DNA of 64,000 bases from Nemertoderma westbladi (GCA_032718475.1 JAUCBJ010008622.1:87826-151825), one strand, 5' to 3'. Shown: positions 1 to 13,985, numbered from the stretch's first letter. Made by a program: numbers and translations. Notes: a model not told the origin generated them from the letters alone.

Positions 1-11
1 TTGATCAATTT

Positions 12-629
12 TTGGATATTGTCAAAGAAATTTGTTCAAGTTATATACCGAAGCAAAACCTGTCATTAGATGAAGCTTTACTAAAGCACAAGGGACGATT
101 GTCATTCAAGGTTTATATAAAAACTAAACGTGCACGATTTGGTATAAAACTATTCCTTGCTTGTGATTCTAATGGCTATATGGTTGTTGTTCGTGTTTAT
201 TACGGTAAAAAGTGGGAGATTCCTCAGGTGGATGATGGGAAGGAACTTTCTATGAGTGAAAATGTTGTTGCGCTGCTTTTGAAGGAGGTGCACCTTATGG
301 ATCAAGGTTATATTGTCCATGTAGATAATTGGTACACCAGTTTACGGCTAGTACGGTACTTACTAACTCATAGTACAGGTTTGAGGGGCACCATTAGAGT
401 AAACCGGGGAATACCAACTGCACTAAAGAATACCAAACTGACGCCCATCTCCTCTAAGTTTATGAGGAATGAGAGTATACTGGCTGTCAAATACACTGAC
501 AAACGAGATGTCTATATGTTGTCCACCGTTGACAATGCAGGTACTGTAGATAAGACCCGGCATGTTCGTGGTGGTGGCACAGTTGAATATACGAAACCCA
601 TCTGTATTGAGGAGTGTAACCGCAACATG
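12..629 (+). CDS. piggyBac transposase, catalytic core (5' segment)
   Basis: SLDEAL, KRARFGIK, VDNWYTS and DKRDVYMLST motifs; frame is cut at NM by the LTR insertion. Confidence 0.9.
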
Positions 630-1819
630 TGTTCGCGCTTTCAGACCTTTGGCAGTTTAACCCGCCAAATTAGGATGTCTTCTAGATAATAAATCGCTTT
701 AGCCTCTAACAAGTATTTGATTCACTACACTAGTTGAAACCAATCTGTGCGCGATCATTCACCCATTGGATATACCCGGGAGATTGACTTCGACGGCTTA
801 ATCGTATTGCTATGTAAGCCTAATGTATTATTCGACTGACAGTATTATATAATCTCTGACAATATTATTCATCTTCGGGGAATATTAACAGTTCCTTTAG
901 GACGTGGCGCTCTATCTATATAAACAGAGTTATGACTTAAACTACTCACAACGATATGGCTTAGTTACAATTCACATATATGGCGCATTCTTTAGGAAAT
1001 GCTTCGTTATCAGTCTCACTCATACACAATGCTGCACAATACTGCACACTAATCTGCCGATCTTCACTGATTTTAGTCACATATAAAAGGAACACAGACC
1101 GACTCATGTAGGGTCTATCAAATAACATTAGATTCACTTAAAACCACTTTAACATAAGTCGCAATCGTTATATGTAACCTTTCTCTCTTACCTTCGGTAT
1201 ATCAAGAATATTGGGTTTCGGGGTTATTTCTCGTTATTCCAAATATAATAATTCATCAACAAATATAATGAATAACCGACAGCAAAGCAGTAATGTTAAG
1301 TTAAGTTGCACAGTATGGGCCAGTTAACCAGTGTTAAACAGTGCAGATAACATTGAGTTACCCAGATAACGGATATATGTCCTTATAATTAAGCCTACTA
1401 GTGTAAGGCTAAAGCAGAAAAGCACAAAATACTCCAAAGCCGTTCTTCCTTGGCTCAGGACTGAATGATAACACTGCCCATAATGCATTACGTGATTTCT
1501 CGGAAATTTCTGTACAAGAGCCATAAAAATGCTCTGATTGGCTGACTGAACTAAGAGAGAACAAAGAAACAAAGAAATGTTCTACGTGGCAATATCAGCT
1601 GTTAGCCGTCGTCATGGTAGCGACACTGTTTTCAAGAGTATCCAGCTATTGCGTCACGAAATTACGGATTATGTCCTTTAAAGTACACATACAGAAGAAA
1701 TGGCTTTTATGTCCTCTAAAACACCAGTACAGTAAGGACACGGCCGTTTTATGCCTGGTAAACCAACTACAGAGTACTTTACGGGAAAATAACCGGCTAA
1801 TTACGCAAAAGCTTTTACA
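630..1819 (-). repeat. 3' LTR of copy 1
   Basis: Near-identical to 11636-12816 (about 10 substitutions and a 9-bp indel by eye); preceded on the minus strand by purine-rich GGGAGCGG (PPT-like). Confidence 0.92.
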
Positions 1820-4800
1820 CCGCTCCCAGAAAATGGGATTTAAGTCTATAAAATATAACAAATCACAGTTTCTAAAATATAAAGATACTCTAAACAGTTA
1901 GTCTTTCTTACGCAGACGGCGTTTACGCAGTTTTTTGAGGCTAGCAAGAGTCTTTTTCTCTTTGGGGCGAGCCACTTTACTAGGAAGGCTAGAACTCCTG
2001 GGTAAAGGGTGCAATACAATTGCATTAGAAGGTTTGGGTTTACGGTCGGTGTCTCGTCCAGTTCGATATGCTTCTCCTCGAGCTGATTTTCCTCCGCTTG
2101 TCATGGGATACGTTCGTCCAAAACTCTCGCAGAGAATAGGGTTTTCTAAGCTTGATATCTTCTTAGAGATTCGAGATTTCCCAATCGACCTGAGATAAGG
2201 CTAATTCGTTTATCGATTGGACTTACTGTTATAACTTACGTTTATCTGAACAAACGCAGATTTCTTTTTTGATCTTTATAGAATAGCGTTCAACTCGTTT
2301 CGTACAACGCTCTCCTTCACCTTGATGAAGGGTTGTATCGCGTTAAACGGGGACGACCATACGGTTGGATAGTGATATTAGGTGTCCGCGTCACAATCCG
2401 GCTAGGTAAGATTGGCGGCTAGCTACAAATCACTGTCGGAGTGTTACCGATTAATTGTTAGGGTAGCACTAGATCTTTGAACAGTGAATACAGTCCGCGA
2501 GGATCCGCGACACCACCAGGATCGCAGGTCTGAGGTCCAACTAAGGAATGAGGAGGTTTGACCGAGTATTCCGGGACTCTGATCGTAGGTTTACTCCAGG
2601 ATCGTTCGAGCCGAGTGAGCATAGGTGATACGTCAAACAAGTTTCGCTCGAAACTCCAGTAAATATAACGAACACAACTGTGTTTAACACAACGTTTCCG
2701 TGGATGTTTATGTCTTTCCGTTTATTGGCTGGGTCTAGGGCATTTATCGTAATAATACCAAAGACGCACGTCTTGAAGGGGAAACGCGGGTGATATTTAT
2801 TTGTTGTTACAATGCTTCTATCAAGAATTCCAAATATATGTTGGAGTTACCGCGTTTATTTGTTTCTTTAATGTCTTTTCTTTCGAGTCGATTTCGAATA
2901 GGATTTTCGCATTAGAAATTTGGTTTATCGTTTCGACTCCTCTGGGTATGATATGTTCGACATAGTCCGTATCGTGTAAATTGATAGAATGGCCAATGGT
3001 TAAGAAGTCCATATACATACCATTACAATGCGTGTAGCGAGCGGTGAATTTTCCATAGTCCAATTCACGCGTAAGTTACTTCCAGGAAATCGTAGGTTCG
3101 ATATAACGACCATCATCCTTCGTAGTAGTTGGACTAGTATCACCGCGTATCAAGCTATCAACAAACGTTTGAAAGTAGAGTATATCGCTCCCCGATACCA
3201 AGACCATCTTCTATCAACTCAATCATATCTGCTATATGAGTTTATCCATATTATAATGAGTTTATATTTAGGCGAGCGGGCGTCGCTGCCTACCCCAATC
3301 AGCCCCCGGACAGTGCGAGATCCTCAGCACCGATGTGTCGTCGCCGCTGTACTTTCGCCAACGACGTAGCCGCACAACGACAACGACAACCGGCACAAGT
3401 CACTTGACTGTCCGTCCCAAAGGCTTAGATACACCTCAGGTTCTTACTGGAGAGTTAGGGTTACTTTCACAATTGCGACTCGCTACTGTAAACACACCTT
3501 AGTAGTAACATTCGCCTATAAACTCACAAATACCACACACACAACTTGTCACAAATTACACACACTCGGGCCATTTGTCCGTTAGTCAATGCCTTCCAGA
3601 ATGTCACTGTATTATTATGTATCCTTGGATACTAGCAGTGCGCTATTTATTCCCTATGCTATTCAATGGGACAAGCTTTCTATTGTTCTTTTAACTCAAT
3701 TCTAATTCTAGCGTGGTTGTTGCTATGGTGACATTATGCAAAACTAGCGGTAGAATTAGAGTAATTCCAATGCATACAGATCTGGGATGTTATTTAATAG
3801 TAATTCTTTAATGATCAATGTTCTGTTTTATACATGACTTTATGAATTTTATCGGCTATTGACTATGTTTGGGAGACTTTCGCACACTCATACGCATGAT
3901 AAGATAAATCTCCGCTCCCGTGATCTATTAATTAATGGAATTTTGGGAATGTTATAAATTGCGTAAAAATGGCAATTTATTAAATTCATTAAAAGGCATG
4001 AATTTAAATTTATTCCCTGAAATTTTATTATTTGATAATTAAATTGACATATTTTGATTCTAGAACATGTCTGGGGACACAAGATCCTTAATTCTATGAA
4101 AATTGTCCTTTTAAGAATATCGGTAAATGCTACGATATCTTAATTGACTAGAATTGTTGAAGGATCTGAATTTTACAGATTTTGATTTATTAGATTTGCA
4201 AATATTAAATAATTAATATTTGAGATGGGCACCGATTTATTCCAGAACTTTTCTGGGGACGTTAACCACTGATTCTAGAATTTGTCTTTCAAGTATATCG
4301 GTGGGTGCCGCGATATCTTAATCGACTAGAATTGCAGATGGTCAAAGGGTTTAACAGATTTATTTTGCGTTATACTCTACTGTTAAAGGGACATCACGCT
4401 ACTATATGTATTATTTAATATACGGTATGAGAGCAATATCGCACGAAGCAATGTCAGTGTGAAGAGGCAAGTCGTTTCCAAGGTCTACCCAGAGCTTGGT
4501 TTAGCCGAGACACGAGGATCTGAACTTTGCATTCCTAATACTCTGCCTACCAATAATACTTGAATATAGTAGTGGCTTTATTGTACTTTGATAAGTACGG
4601 ACATTTCATCTTACTGTAGTTACGTATTTGTAATGTAATACGGACAGTAAGGAAAGAGAAAAAATAATTATTTCTCGCCGTTGCACTAAATATATTATAA
4701 GTAATTACGTACGTAATAAACACTAATATATTGCACTAATCTACTAAATAATCTCTAAAATACCATACTACTAAATAAAATTAAATAAAACGATTAAAAT

Positions 4801-4882
4801 AAAATTACATAATAATACATACATAAATATAAAAATAAAACAAATACAAAATAATAGAGTCACACACCCACTCCATATGTTG

Positions 4883-7800
4883 TTACGTTATGGAGTCCCT
4901 AGATGTTTGAAGGATTAGGGAGGTGGTCGTGGGAAGAGAATCTTGCCTTCCACAGTTTCCGGAGAGTCCTCCATTCCCTTCCGGTAAACACAAACGACCG
5001 ACTGGGTGATTGAGTCGCTGCATCCCGAATACAATTCCAGGTTTCCTCTTCGTCCTGGAATAGTGACGATAGAAACATCGCTCTAGGTACACGACGGCCT
5101 TACAAAGCCGATTCCAGGAGCTATAGTGGTCCGTCGCTCCCTGCAGGAGAGGTGAGAGTCCCTGCGAGACGTCTGATGTTCCAGAGCTCTCTCTGGTCTT
5201 CATGAAGGATCCACTCGCGGTGGGGAGGTCCAGATCCACGGCGTCGTCCCTGGCAATATGTAATACCGACAGATCTATCCCGGGTTCAAATAACTCCGCT
5301 CCACCCGTCCGGGTTTTAGGTTTAACTTTCTCCGCTCCCTTGGCTGGTCTAATCTCAGTCGGAGTAAGATGGGGAGGCCATTCATCCTCCTTACTCAGGA
5401 AGTCGGGTTCACCTAACCGGTCTGTAGTATCTGTCAGTTCTTGAGGAGTTGCTCCTCTGGAAGCGATGTCAGTTGGATTAAACTTCTTGGGGCAATATCT
5501 CCATTGATCTACATTGGAGCTAAGATTGTCATTATCTGAGGAGTGTGGTGTTCCCTCAGTTGGGTCGTCTCCCTTACTAGTATCATCTTCCCATTCACTC
5601 ACCTGGCGGACGCGATCTTGAAGCAGTCTTTCTCTGAGCGTTCTTCGGGAAGGTCCAGTAAGGTACCAACCTACTCTAGTTCTTACCGCATAGGTCTGAA
5701 GTGGTTGCGGTTGAGCAGGTCGTTTCTCCAATGTCTCCAGCGCCTCATGCGCGTTTTGACCAATTAATATTTGTACTCCAGGATAATCGGTGTCGAATCT
5801 AGGGATGTTAAGTTGTTGGGCATGATCATCTTCGTCCCAATTATAAGGTTCCACTTGGGTGGTAGCGAAGTTCTTTATTGCCACCATTTTGACTGACCTT
5901 ATACTGTATTCTCCTAGTTTATCCTGTGGAGTGGACAACTCACCTATATAATAGTCGGCAGCCACAGCAGGTTTCCAAACCTGCATGATCCCTGACATGT
6001 TTAGCTTGGTTCGGAACTTGGGTTGTCCAGCAAAGATGTCTTCGGCTAGTTCTTTATCGATGAATGTTCCTGTGCTACCGGAGTCCAGGAGGGCGTTCAC
6101 TATATAGCTCTTCTGAGGTCCGTGGACCCGTAACTGGACGACAGGAAATTCTCGGATTCCTATATTGGAAGTTGGCGTTTTCCAAGATGGTTGTTGATCA
6201 GAAGTAGTTAAGGTAAGGTCGCTGTCTGTGTCTTTCTCATGCACGAGTGCTCGATACACTGCGGTGGTGTTTATTAGGTAACAGGATTCGTTTTGGTCGG
6301 AGAACTCGTCCGTATAGAATCCTTCCATCTCAGATTGATCAGTGTCGTTCACATCACTGAATTGGACATGTAGTTCGGACTCACTTACCTGACTCGGACT
6401 ATTTCGTTCGAATTCCGTGTGCAACAAGATATGATGTTTTGCGCCGCACTTTGCACACCTTGCGTCGGAGTAACAGGTTCGCCGTTGGTGTCCTCGTCTG
6501 AGGCAATTATAACACAACCGCTTATCCCACATGACTTCACGTCTATCCTTTAGTGATTTCCTCAGGAATTTAACACACGCATTTAAACGGTGGGGCCCGT
6601 CGCACAGCACACATTTCGGCTTGATGTTACTTACTTTAACCTGTGCTATGTGGTGCACACTTGTTCTTTCCTCGGGCTTTCTCACCTGAATTCTCTTGGG
6701 AGACGTAAGAGGAGTTTTTCTTACCTGTTCTCTCTTATCATTGGATCGAGACTTAAATTTACTTCCCTGTTCGTTAGGTGTTTTATGGCTATCATAAGAT
6801 CTTTCAGTGTCTTTTCCGCTGTCCTCTCCTTGAGAAGTCTGGCTTTCGCCATCGTCGGTATAACACACTGGCGTTACCTTTCTCCTGGAGACGGGTTTCT
6901 CACTTACCTTGTTTTCCGATGTCTTCTCTCTGGACTGCTTTATGAGCTGTAATTTCACTTCGCCATCCAAGAATGTCATGAGATCAGTCATGGTAGGGTC
7001 TCGTTGTTGTTGTTCCATCATGTATAACACCTTTTTGTCCCAGCGTGTACCTACTCCACCCTTCGGTAAAGTAGAAGCCACTGCTCTAATAACCATAGCA
7101 CTCTGATACTCATGAGACTTACCTAGCCAATCTAATTGTCTGCAGATCTCCTGAATTTCATCGGAAAACTCTATAATCCCGCTGCTAATAAACTTTCGGG
7201 GCGCTACCAACTTTGCATACAAATACCCAGCTATGTTATTCCTATTACCATACCTGATGTTTAGTGTATCCCAAACTTGTCTTAATCCGTCTGGATGTCC
7301 AATAAACCTTAACGCCATTAACTTGGGAGGTCCTTCCAAGCACTCGATGAGGAATCTAAGTTTCTCTCCATTAGATAGCACAGAGTTCTGTATGTTATCT
7401 TTGTAATATTCATTAAAAGGTAACCATTTCATCTCATCTCCATTGAACTTGACGATCTCTCCAACCTTTACCGCTTGTCGGGCTTCGGTTCTAGCCATTT
7501 GGCGTGTAAAACTTTCTTGAGCCATCGTATTATTGAATAGAGAATTATCGGTATATAAGTTTCTCGGATTATTATCAAGTCTAGATGAGATATCATTATC
7601 AACAGGTTTATAATTACCCTTAATAGGGTTTACTATAGGAGTTTCTACTTCGCTAGCAGTATAGATGCGTGTAGGCTCCACACCTTGCGCATGGGATACT
7701 TCAGACCTAACGGGTTGACACATTGTTACAGGGGGTGGTGGTATACCCTTTTGTGTGTTCACTAATTTATCGCGTTCTAGCGCGATACTTTGCTGCACTT

Positions 7801-9412
7801 CTTGCAACTCTAGTCTACTTTCCCTTACTGTGCCCTTGAATTGCTGAACAGTCTCCTGCATCTGCCCGAGCAGGAGATCCATCCCCGTCTCTCGTCCACC
7901 CATTCGACCGCCGAAGCGGGAGTCGCCAACGTTGTAGCGGGCGGACGAGGGACAACGGGCGACAAATCATGAATATTTCGCTCGGGGTCCAGGACCTGAA
8001 CTGTCTCCTGGGCAGTTCTACTGGGCACAGGTAGCTTAGTGCTGTGCAGAGGGAATTTAGAGGTAGCTTCAGGGAGCACAGGTGTGTCTATCACCGAAGG
8101 GGTGATTTCAAGAACAGGCCTAATTATTTCAGGCTCATCTACTATAGTAGGGAGTCTTTCTATTTTAATTATTTGGTCTGTGGGTTCTGTACTACCTAAG
8201 TTAGTGCTATTTAGTTGCCTTCTAACAGCTGGAGGCAAATCAGGCAATTTCTGACGGTGGGATGTTCTTTTACGTCTACTTAGACGAGATCTATTTCCTT
8301 TGCCTTCATTATCGGTGGTATCGCCTTCCTCAGATGATGTATATCCCTGTCTTTTGGGAGTAGATCGATTCATCATCTGCATATTACTAGCTACTAACTG
8401 TTTATTTATGCAGTCTTGATTCTCCTGAATGTTTTCCAATTCTAATTGGGTGATTTCTTCCGCCGCTCTACGTTCTGCTTCTGCCACTGCCACATCCGCC
8501 TTTCTTTTCATTTCTGCTGCCTTTCTTTTCGCTTCTGCCTCTGCCGCTGCCACTGCCACATCCGCCTTTCTTTTCATTTCTGCTGCCTTTCTTTTCGCTT
8601 CTGCCTCTGCCGCTGCCGCTGCCGCTGCCGCTGCCACTGCCGCTGCCGCTGCCGCTGCCGCTGCCGCTGCCGCTGCCGCTGCCGCTGCCGCTTTCCTTTC
8701 CATTTCGTCAAATTTACTTTCCTCTTCGGCTGCTTTCCTTTCCGCTTCGGCAGCTGCTACTGCTGCTTTCTTTCTGTCTTCTATACGTTTTTTCTTTACT
8801 TGGTTATTTAGCTTGGTTCGCCGCTAACATTTCCGCATCGATTGCGTCCAGCACAAGCTTGGTTCCTTCACTATTAGGGCTAAGCCCCTCCAGCCTTCTC
8901 CTCAACTCGTCATCACCTAAAAAACGTTGATAGTCTGACAGATAGATGTCAATGGCATCTCTCTTTCGAGGCCCCTCCGCTGTCCCTTCGATTTCTTCTT
9001 GAGAAGAAGTGGTGTCGGTTGATTCTTCATAGGTTGGCCGTTCATTATAAACCGTATCCGCCATCTTCGCTCCGCGTTCGGGCGTCCGCTCAACAGTATC
9101 CGAACTACTGGAGCTCTCGGGCCGCTGAGAACTAGGTTCTTGGCTAGGAGGTTGCTGCTGTTTGGCAGCTGCTTCTTGATCCCGCTTAACTTGGGCCCGA
9201 GTACCGATGATAGACCTACGGCGCTTCACTAACTTCGCGAATTGCGAAATTGCTTCTACTAACCTAGGTTCTGACACAGCTACTGTAGGGGTTGTCTTTC
9301 TTACAGTAGGAGGGGTTTCAGACCTCGGTCTGGGATTCTCTATACTCCTATCTGATAAACAGACTGTTGTTTCTAGGAGACTATCTGACAGAGTTTGCCT
9401 TGTGTCAGACAT
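4883..9412 (-). pseudogene. BEL/Pao gag-protease polyprotein, frameshifted into three ORFs
   Basis: ORFs 8804-9412, 7825-8703 and 4883-7903 are collinear with the single frame 38420-42814; KFNGDEMKW...KLRFL capsid-like region, CVLC/CYNC/CAKC knuckles, DSG protease. Confidence 0.88.
8608..8692. repeat. (GCCGCT)n microsatellite encoding poly-Ala in gag
   Basis: Visible hexamer run; much shorter in copy 2. Confidence 0.9.
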
Positions 9413-10739
9413 GTTTGTTTGTACAGTTGGATGCCTACTGCTATATTACAGCCTAAGCAAGTCTAGTAATTCAATATTAACTGTTAGCCTAGTAATTAAT
9501 TATCGATACTGCTACTCAGTGTAGCGTGATATATATATAATATATTAGAATATCGGTATGCTTATAGTATATATAAGTATTATTACGGACTAGGTTTATC
9601 ACAGAATACCGGTATAATTTTAGCACAAATATATATAAATATATAATAGGCCTATCGGGAATACCGGTATACAGCTTACAGTTTGTAGCATATATAAGTA
9701 TAATTCTGGACTAGAATTAATTATAAAGTACCGGTATAATTTCAGCCTAAATTTATAGAAATAAAGATAATAGGCCTATCGTAAATACTGGTATATCAAT
9801 TATTTTAAATAATTGAATTTCTGAACTTTAGGGTTACTTGGTTACTTTACTTACTTTATTACCGCTATTTGAGCAGTAGTCCAACTGATATTGAGACCTA
9901 ATGGTTGTGTGGTAGGCCTACTATTTATAAATCGTTAGATTTGATTTATAATATATATATACCCGTTTTAATGGGTTTTGTCAATGTTTGAAATAAATGT
10001 TATTATTTCTGGGGAGTAATCACTACACAAAGCGGTGCGCTTTCAGTGAAGTGTTACTTATAGGACACTTAAACAAATAATGCTAATTTACCTAAGTTAC
10101 TTAATACTACAAATTACGTACAATTCGGGTGAGATTACAATCTCTAAATAAACACAAAAATTTACAAAAAACACAAATACGAATTTTTAGGGTAATTTTA
10201 CAAGAAGTCTACAAACCAGCCTAACAAAGGGTTAGAAATCTGGTTATTACAACGGACAGGGTACTACGGTATTTGAAAATAATAAGTAGTAGTAAATACA
10301 CTGCGTTGTCCAGATAGGAAAATACCACCGCCTGACGACCTATAGCCGTATCGCTATAGGTTCTACGTTATGTATGACGGAGTGTTCCTACCTAGAAGTT
10401 AATAGAGCTAATCGAACGTGCCTATCAACCACTTTACAACACAAATATAATGCCTACACTAATTACTTTCGGAAAGCACTGTACACTAAACCCTAAATTA
10501 GGTACGAGTACTTGTACAACAGATAATCAGTAGTTAAATATACTTGAACAACTAAAAGAACCACGGCATCTGCTGGAGTGACCGGTGCACAAAATCACCA
10601 GTCTTTACCTACGCCAAGCAGCCCGTGTAGTACTGGGGTTAGTTTAACTATAACGGTATGTATAACAAACACAATTACTGTAGGAACAAACTTGGGGAAT
10701 GAATGTTGCGAATAATCGCATAAACTCTGAATAATAAAT

Positions 10740-11310
10740 ATTACGCTACGCGTACAAACTACTCAAACAAAATGCAGACCAAACACTGACAGACTACTAT
10801 CAAGCCTAAATAAACTACAGGACATGCAGACTCCGAAATGATTAGGTAGTATGCGTTCTAACCCAGTAGTACGACTTTTTCTTTAGATGGGGGTTTACCT
10901 TACAGCTTTGGCTGCCCCTACTTCCTAACCGTTCTTTATCGGACAGAGGCTCTACACACACTGCAATCCGTTCAGACCTAATAACAGCCAGACAACTATC
11001 CAGCCTACAAATTTTCTAAATAAATATTATACGCTACCCGTACAGACTTACACAAACAAAGTACAGACTAAACGATGGCAGACTACTCTCAAGCCTAAAT
11101 AAACTACAGGACATGCAGACTCCGAAATGATTAGGTAGTATGCGTTCTAACCCAGTAGTACGACTTATTCTTTAGTTGGGGGTTTACCTTACAGCTTTGG
11201 CTGCCCCTACTTCCTAACCGTTCTTTATCGGACAGGTGATCTACATACACTGCAATCCGTTCAGACTTAACAGCAATCAGACAACAGTTCAACCTACAAA
11301 TTGTCTGTAC
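10740..11310. repeat. 289-bp tandem duplication in the element's 5' UTR
   Basis: AAGCCTAAATAAACTACAGGACATGCAGACTCCG at 10802 and 11091. Confidence 0.8.
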
Positions 11311-11623
11311 AATCTGATCAGGCTTACACGCCTTCTGTTCAATACTGGCCTACAAACAAATAAAACTGACAGAAATAGGCCTAAGTAAAATCCCAATAAA
11401 AACCAGGCGTCCCCGATTAATTATTAAGACCTACTGGTATATAATAATCAAAATCGAATAATACTGCTGTACCTATACGGGAAGTACCGGTTAGGACAGT
11501 TGGGCCTACAGACCTACAGAAGTACCGGTTCTGGCAGTTGGGCCTACTGACCTACAGATGTACCGTTCAGGTTTACCGGTTGACCGGTACTTTCAACTTT
11601 ATTGCTTACTTCAATAAAGAAGC

Positions 11624-11635
11624 TATATCCGTTAT
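11624..11635 (-). promoter_or_regulatory. Putative self-priming primer-binding site ATAACGGATATA
   Basis: Directly follows the 5' LTR, has no TGG, and is the exact reverse complement of an LTR-internal 12-mer at 12363-12374. Confidence 0.6.
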
Positions 11636-12816
11636 TGTTCGCGCTTTCAGACCTTTGGCAGTTTAACCCGCCAAATTAGGATGTCTTCTAGATAATAAAT
11701 CGCTTTAGCCTCTAACAAGTATTTGATTCACTACACTAGTTGAAACCAATCTGTGCGCGATCATTCACCCGTTGGATATACCCGGGAGATTGACTTCGAC
11801 GGCTTAATCGTATTGCTATGTAAGCCTAATGTATTATTCGACTGACAGTATTATATAATCTCTGACAATATTATTCACCTTCGGGGAATATTAACAGTTC
11901 CTTTAGGACGTGGCGCTCTATCTATATAAACAGAGTTATGACTTAAACTACTCACAACGATATGGCTTAGTTACAATTCACATATATGGCGCATTCTTTA
12001 GGAAATGCTTCGTTATCAGTCTCACTCATACACAATGCTGCACAATACTGCACACTAATCTGCCGATCTTCACTGATTTTATTCACATATAAAAGGAACA
12101 CAGACCGACTCATGTAGGGTCTATCAAATAACATTAGATTCACTTCAAACCACTTTAACATAAGTCGCAATCGTTATATGTAACCTTTCTCTCTTACCTT
12201 CGGAATATTGGGTTTCGGGGTTATTTCTTGTTATTCCAAATATAATAATTCATCAACAAATATAATGAATAACCGACAGCAAAGCAGTAATGTTAAGTTA
12301 AGTTGCACAGTATGGGCCAGTTAACCAGTGTTAACCAGTGCAGATAACATTGAGTTACCCAGATAACGGATATATGTCCTTATAATTAAGCCTACTAGTG
12401 TAAGGCTAAAGCAGAAAAGCACAAAATACTCCAAAGCCGTTCTTCCTTGGCTCAGGACTGAATGATAACACTGCCCATAATGCATTACGTGATTTCTCGG
12501 AAATTTTTGTACAAGAGCCATAAAAATGCTCTGATTGGCTGACTGAACTAAGAGAGAACAAAGAAACAAAGAAATGTTCTACGTGGCAATATCAGCTGTT
12601 AGCCGTCGTCATGGTAGCGACACTGTTTTCAAGAGTATCCAGCTATTGCGTCACGAAATTACGGATTATGTCCTTTAAAGTACACATACAGAAGAAATGG
12701 CTTTTATGTCCTCTAAAACACTAGTACAGTAAGGACACGGCCTTTTTATGCCTGGTAAACCAACTACAGAGTACTTTACGGGAAAATAACCGGCTAATTT
12801 CGCAAAAGCTTTTACA
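11636..12816 (-). repeat. 5' LTR of copy 1
   Basis: TGTAAAAG...GCGAACA on the minus strand; direct repeat of 630-1819. Confidence 0.92.
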
Positions 12817-12818
12817 AC

Positions 12819-13265
12819 ATGGGTGGAGTTGATCGTCAAGACCAATATATATCTGCATACAACCCTCTTAGAAAGAGCCATATCTGGTTCAAGAAGGTAG
12901 GCTTCAATATAATAATGCGTCTGCTGGTGAATGCATTTATTATCTATAAACAGGAGAAGAACTCAAAGGCCCGACTCCTAGACTTCATAAAAACGACTGT
13001 GATTTGGTTGACTGATATGCCGACCACTTCGAAAGGGAAATCTGGCGCATCCGCTATCCAGCCCATTCAACCTGCCCAACTTCATACTCTTGTTCCGCAT
13101 CCACCTACACCTAAAAAGAATAGACCAACCTATCGGTGTCGTGTGTGCTATTCCAATAGCAAGAAACGCAAAGAAACTCGATACTACTGTCCACAATGTG
13201 CTACAAAGCCAGCACTTTGTCTGGGTGGGTGTGCAGCGAAGTGGCACGAGTCAGTTTCCCAATAA
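12819..13265 (+). CDS. piggyBac transposase, C-terminal segment with Cys-rich domain
   Basis: MGGVDRQDQ (third catalytic Asp), WFKKV, CRVC...TRYYCPQC...ALC..GC...WH; joins 12..629 in frame once the insertion and one ACATG are removed. Confidence 0.9.
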   Translation: MGGVDRQDQYISAYNPLRKSHIWFKKVGFNIIMRLLVNAFIIYKQEKNSKARLLDFIKTTVIWLTDMPTTSKGKSGASAIQPIQPAQLHTLVPHPPTPKKNRPTYRCRVCYSNSKKRKETRYYCPQCATKPALCLGGCAAKWHESVSQ

Positions 13266-13325
13266 CTTCGTATTGCGTCATGTGTGAATTATTATTATAT
13301 TTGGATGAATTATTATTTTGAATTC

Positions 13326-13985
13326 ATTATAATGTATCTGCAGGGTGATGCTGGGTTTCACCTGGGACTAAGGGAATTGAAATGGTATGTCGACGATGTG
13401 CCCATGACAACCGCCGTGGTCGATTTACTGGGAGTAGCCATACTTTAGGACAGTAGGCTTTGAATACATTATAATGTATCTGCAGGGTGATGCTGGGTTT
13501 CACCTGGGACTAAGGGAATTGAAATGGTATGTCGGCGATGTGCCCATGACAACCGCCGTGGTCGATTTACTGGGGGTAGCCATACTTTAGGACAGTAGGC
13601 TTTGAATACATTATAATGTATCTGCAGGGTGATGCTGGGTTTCACCTGGGACTAAGGGAATTGAAATGGTATGTCGACGATGTGCCCATGACGACCGCCG
13701 TGGTCGATTTACTGGGGGTAGCCATACTTTAGGACAGTAGGCTTTGAATACATTATAATGTATCTGCAGGGTGATGCTGGGTTTCACCTGGGATTAAGGG
13801 AATTGAAATGGTATGTCGACGATGTGCTCATGACAACCGCCGTGGTCGATTTACTGGGGGTAGCCATAATTTTGGCCAGTAGGCTTTGAATACAGTTATA
13901 TTGTATCTGCAGGGCGATGCTGGGTTTCACCTGGGGCTAAGACTAAGAAGGAACTGAAATTGTACGTCGACAATGTGCCCAAGTG
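13326..13985. repeat. 142-bp tandem repeat (about 4.6 copies) in the piggyBac 3' subterminal region
   Basis: Units start at 13326, 13468, 13610, 13752 and 13894. Confidence 0.9.

Larger units (their letters stand above)
630..12816 (-). mobile_element. Non-autonomous BEL/Pao LTR retrotransposon, copy 1 (Gag + protease only)
   Basis: Direct LTRs with TG..CA ends; 5-bp TSD ACATG at 625-629 and 12817-12821; BEL-type Gag with three Cys/His knuckles and ALLDSGS protease; no RT or integrase. Confidence 0.92.

Noticed and set aside
904-1901. Small ORFs repeated at 11910-12569 and 47688-48377
   Set aside because: They lie within LTRs, so the repetition only reflects LTR copies.
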